Of a DNA stretch of 19,289 nucleotides, positions 17,895 through 19,289 are shown piece by piece. Under the pieces are notes generated by a model, which did not search any database, was not told the DNA's origin, and saw nothing but the letters and a program-made list of their open reading frames with translations. Each line of letters begins with the position of its first letter. Position 1 is the first letter of the stretch. The DNA lies in contig JAUVNS010000033.1 in NCBI GenBank assembly GCA_030599585.1, forward strand, positions 1 to 19,289, in the 5' to 3' direction. The translations under genes were made by a program, and so were the position numbers. Origin of the DNA: Promethearchaeota archaeon. GTDB taxonomy: Archaea > Asgardarchaeota > Lokiarchaeia > Sigyniarchaeales > SOKP01.

Positions 17895-18366
17895 AGTAAA
17901 TAAAAATTAATCTTTGAATTTAATCGTCTTTCTTTTTAGATATAAAGCCTTGAGAAATAAAATTGAGAATTATAATATAATTTAGTATAACTTTTATAAT
18001 CTATAAGAGCTTATTACAATCTGAAATTTTAGATCAAAGATTACTTATAAAAAGTAGTGAAGATATCAGAGGACTTATCCAACTTCTGCATAAAAATATA
18101 AAATACGGTAAGATTATTGATTTTCCTTTTTTTCACGGGAGAAAACGAAACAGACGAAAAATTATATATATTGTGCGAAAACATTGATTACTATCTTAAT
18201 AATGCGTTAATAACTCCTAAAAAAATTGGGTTCTGGACGCTTTATTATAATGTCTAAGGGAACAGCGTAATCCAAAGTTAAGACAAATATAAATTTATAG
18301 TTAATTTCTTCGAAGGCGATAATCATTAATAAGTATAAATATTTTAGGCTTAAAATTTCTTCAATT

Positions 18367-19289
18367 ATGAGGAGTAAGAGAATAATATCAATCTTTACGG
18401 TATTTATTGCTTGTTTACTTTTAGGTAGCAGTTATTCCTCTAATAATCCTTACATAAATAATACGATGGTCGGAGATATATCTCCAAAAACATCTGCAGT
18501 ACCAATATTTTCAATTGATTCGCCATCTAATTACTCTTTATTCGGTAAACTAGCCACGAATTATTCATTGACAATAACAGAAGGATTAGGTAATTTTACA
18601 TGGTATGAATTTTTAGGAGTAGGAGCAAATTCAACTCCAATAGAATTAGATGGGACTCCAAATGAAAATATCGAAGAGCCTTTTAATCAAACCATGTGGG
18701 ATTCTTTATCTAACGGAACTGCTACTGTTAGGTTTTATGTGAATAATTCCTGGGGTGAATTAGGATATTTAGATGCGATAATAAGGATTGATATAATTGA
18801 TCCAATAATCAATCTGATTGCCCCCACTGGTGGTTTTTTCAATTCTACACCCCCAGACTTTAGGATCGAAATTTCAGATCCAAATTTGAATACAACATGG
18901 TACACTTTAAACACAAATCAAACAAAACATATTTTTTCTTCTAATGGAACTATAGATGGTTGGTCGTATTTAAATGATGAATTAGTAACGATTAAATTCT
19001 ACGCTAATGATTCTGTGAGTAATGAGAATTCTACTTCAGTCCAAGTTACAAAAGATGTTGTTAACCCTACAGGCTCTATTGCAATTAATGATGGTGATAC
19101 ATGGTCAAACTCTACCAGTGTGACGCTGTCATTGACGTACGACGATGCCACATCTGGAGTGCTTGAAGTGCGATACAGTAACGATGGTAGCTCGTGGACT
19201 GCCTGGGAGGCTCCAGGTGCAACTAGAGCTTGGAATTTAGAAGTTGGCGATGGTACTACTACGGTCTATTATGAAGTTAAAGATAACGC
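18367..19289 (+). CDS. Secreted/surface glycoprotein with tandem Ig-like beta-sandwich repeats (partial, runs off the right edge)
   Basis: Not in the ORF track; open for 307 codons from ATG 18367. N-terminus MRSKRIISIFTVFIACLLLGSS (signal peptide), then ISPKTSA. Repeats read P..I.SP...TWY...W..L.(N)G..T(V/I)(R/K)FY(V/A)N(N/D)S...KD...P. I counted 15 N-x-S/T sequons. Confidence 0.88.
   Translation, partial: MRSKRIISIFTVFIACLLLGSSYSSNNPYINNTMVGDISPKTSAVPIFSIDSPSNYSLFGKLATNYSLTITEGLGNFTWYEFLGVGANSTPIELDGTPNENIEEPFNQTMWDSLSNGTATVRFYVNNSWGELGYLDAIIRIDIIDPIINLIAPTGGFFNSTPPDFRIEISDPNLNTTWYTLNTNQTKHIFSSNGTIDGWSYLNDELVTIKFYANDSVSNENSTSVQVTKDVVNPTGSIAINDGDTWSNSTSVTLSLTYDDATSGVLEVRYSNDGSSWTAWEAPGATRAWNLEVGDGTTTVYYEVKDN

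Overview
AT-rich (roughly 30% GC by eye) archaeal chromosomal window, most likely from an Asgard archaeon (Lokiarchaeia-like). This assignment is an inference from a type-A archaeal RNase P RNA without P18, a GGTGA Shine-Dalgarno, oligo-T terminators and an N-glycosylated Ig-repeat surface protein with a PKTSA motif. Left arm (minus strand): a truncated canonical thioredoxin reductase, a tandem TrxR-like flavoprotein that has lost its CxxC and NADPH motifs, a thiolase and a small membrane protein. Divergently (plus strand): MFE-2-type SDR, glycyl-radical activating enzyme, an uncharacterised glycyl radical enzyme (GCLE/RITGY), a duplicated split-barrel flavin-binding protein, a Cys-type sulfatase and an NMO/FabK-family flavoprotein lacking the catalytic His. 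This block is the best candidate for an undescribed anaerobic catabolic system. Downstream: a small Lys-rich ORF, a K+-independent-type membrane pyrophosphatase with an atypical ion gate, an MFS transporter, a GNAT, the RNase P RNA gene (absent from the ORF track, with a compensated non-consensus P4), an aldo/keto reductase and the 5' part of a secreted Ig-like repeat protein. No mobile elements, CRISPR arrays, tRNAs or rRNAs were seen.
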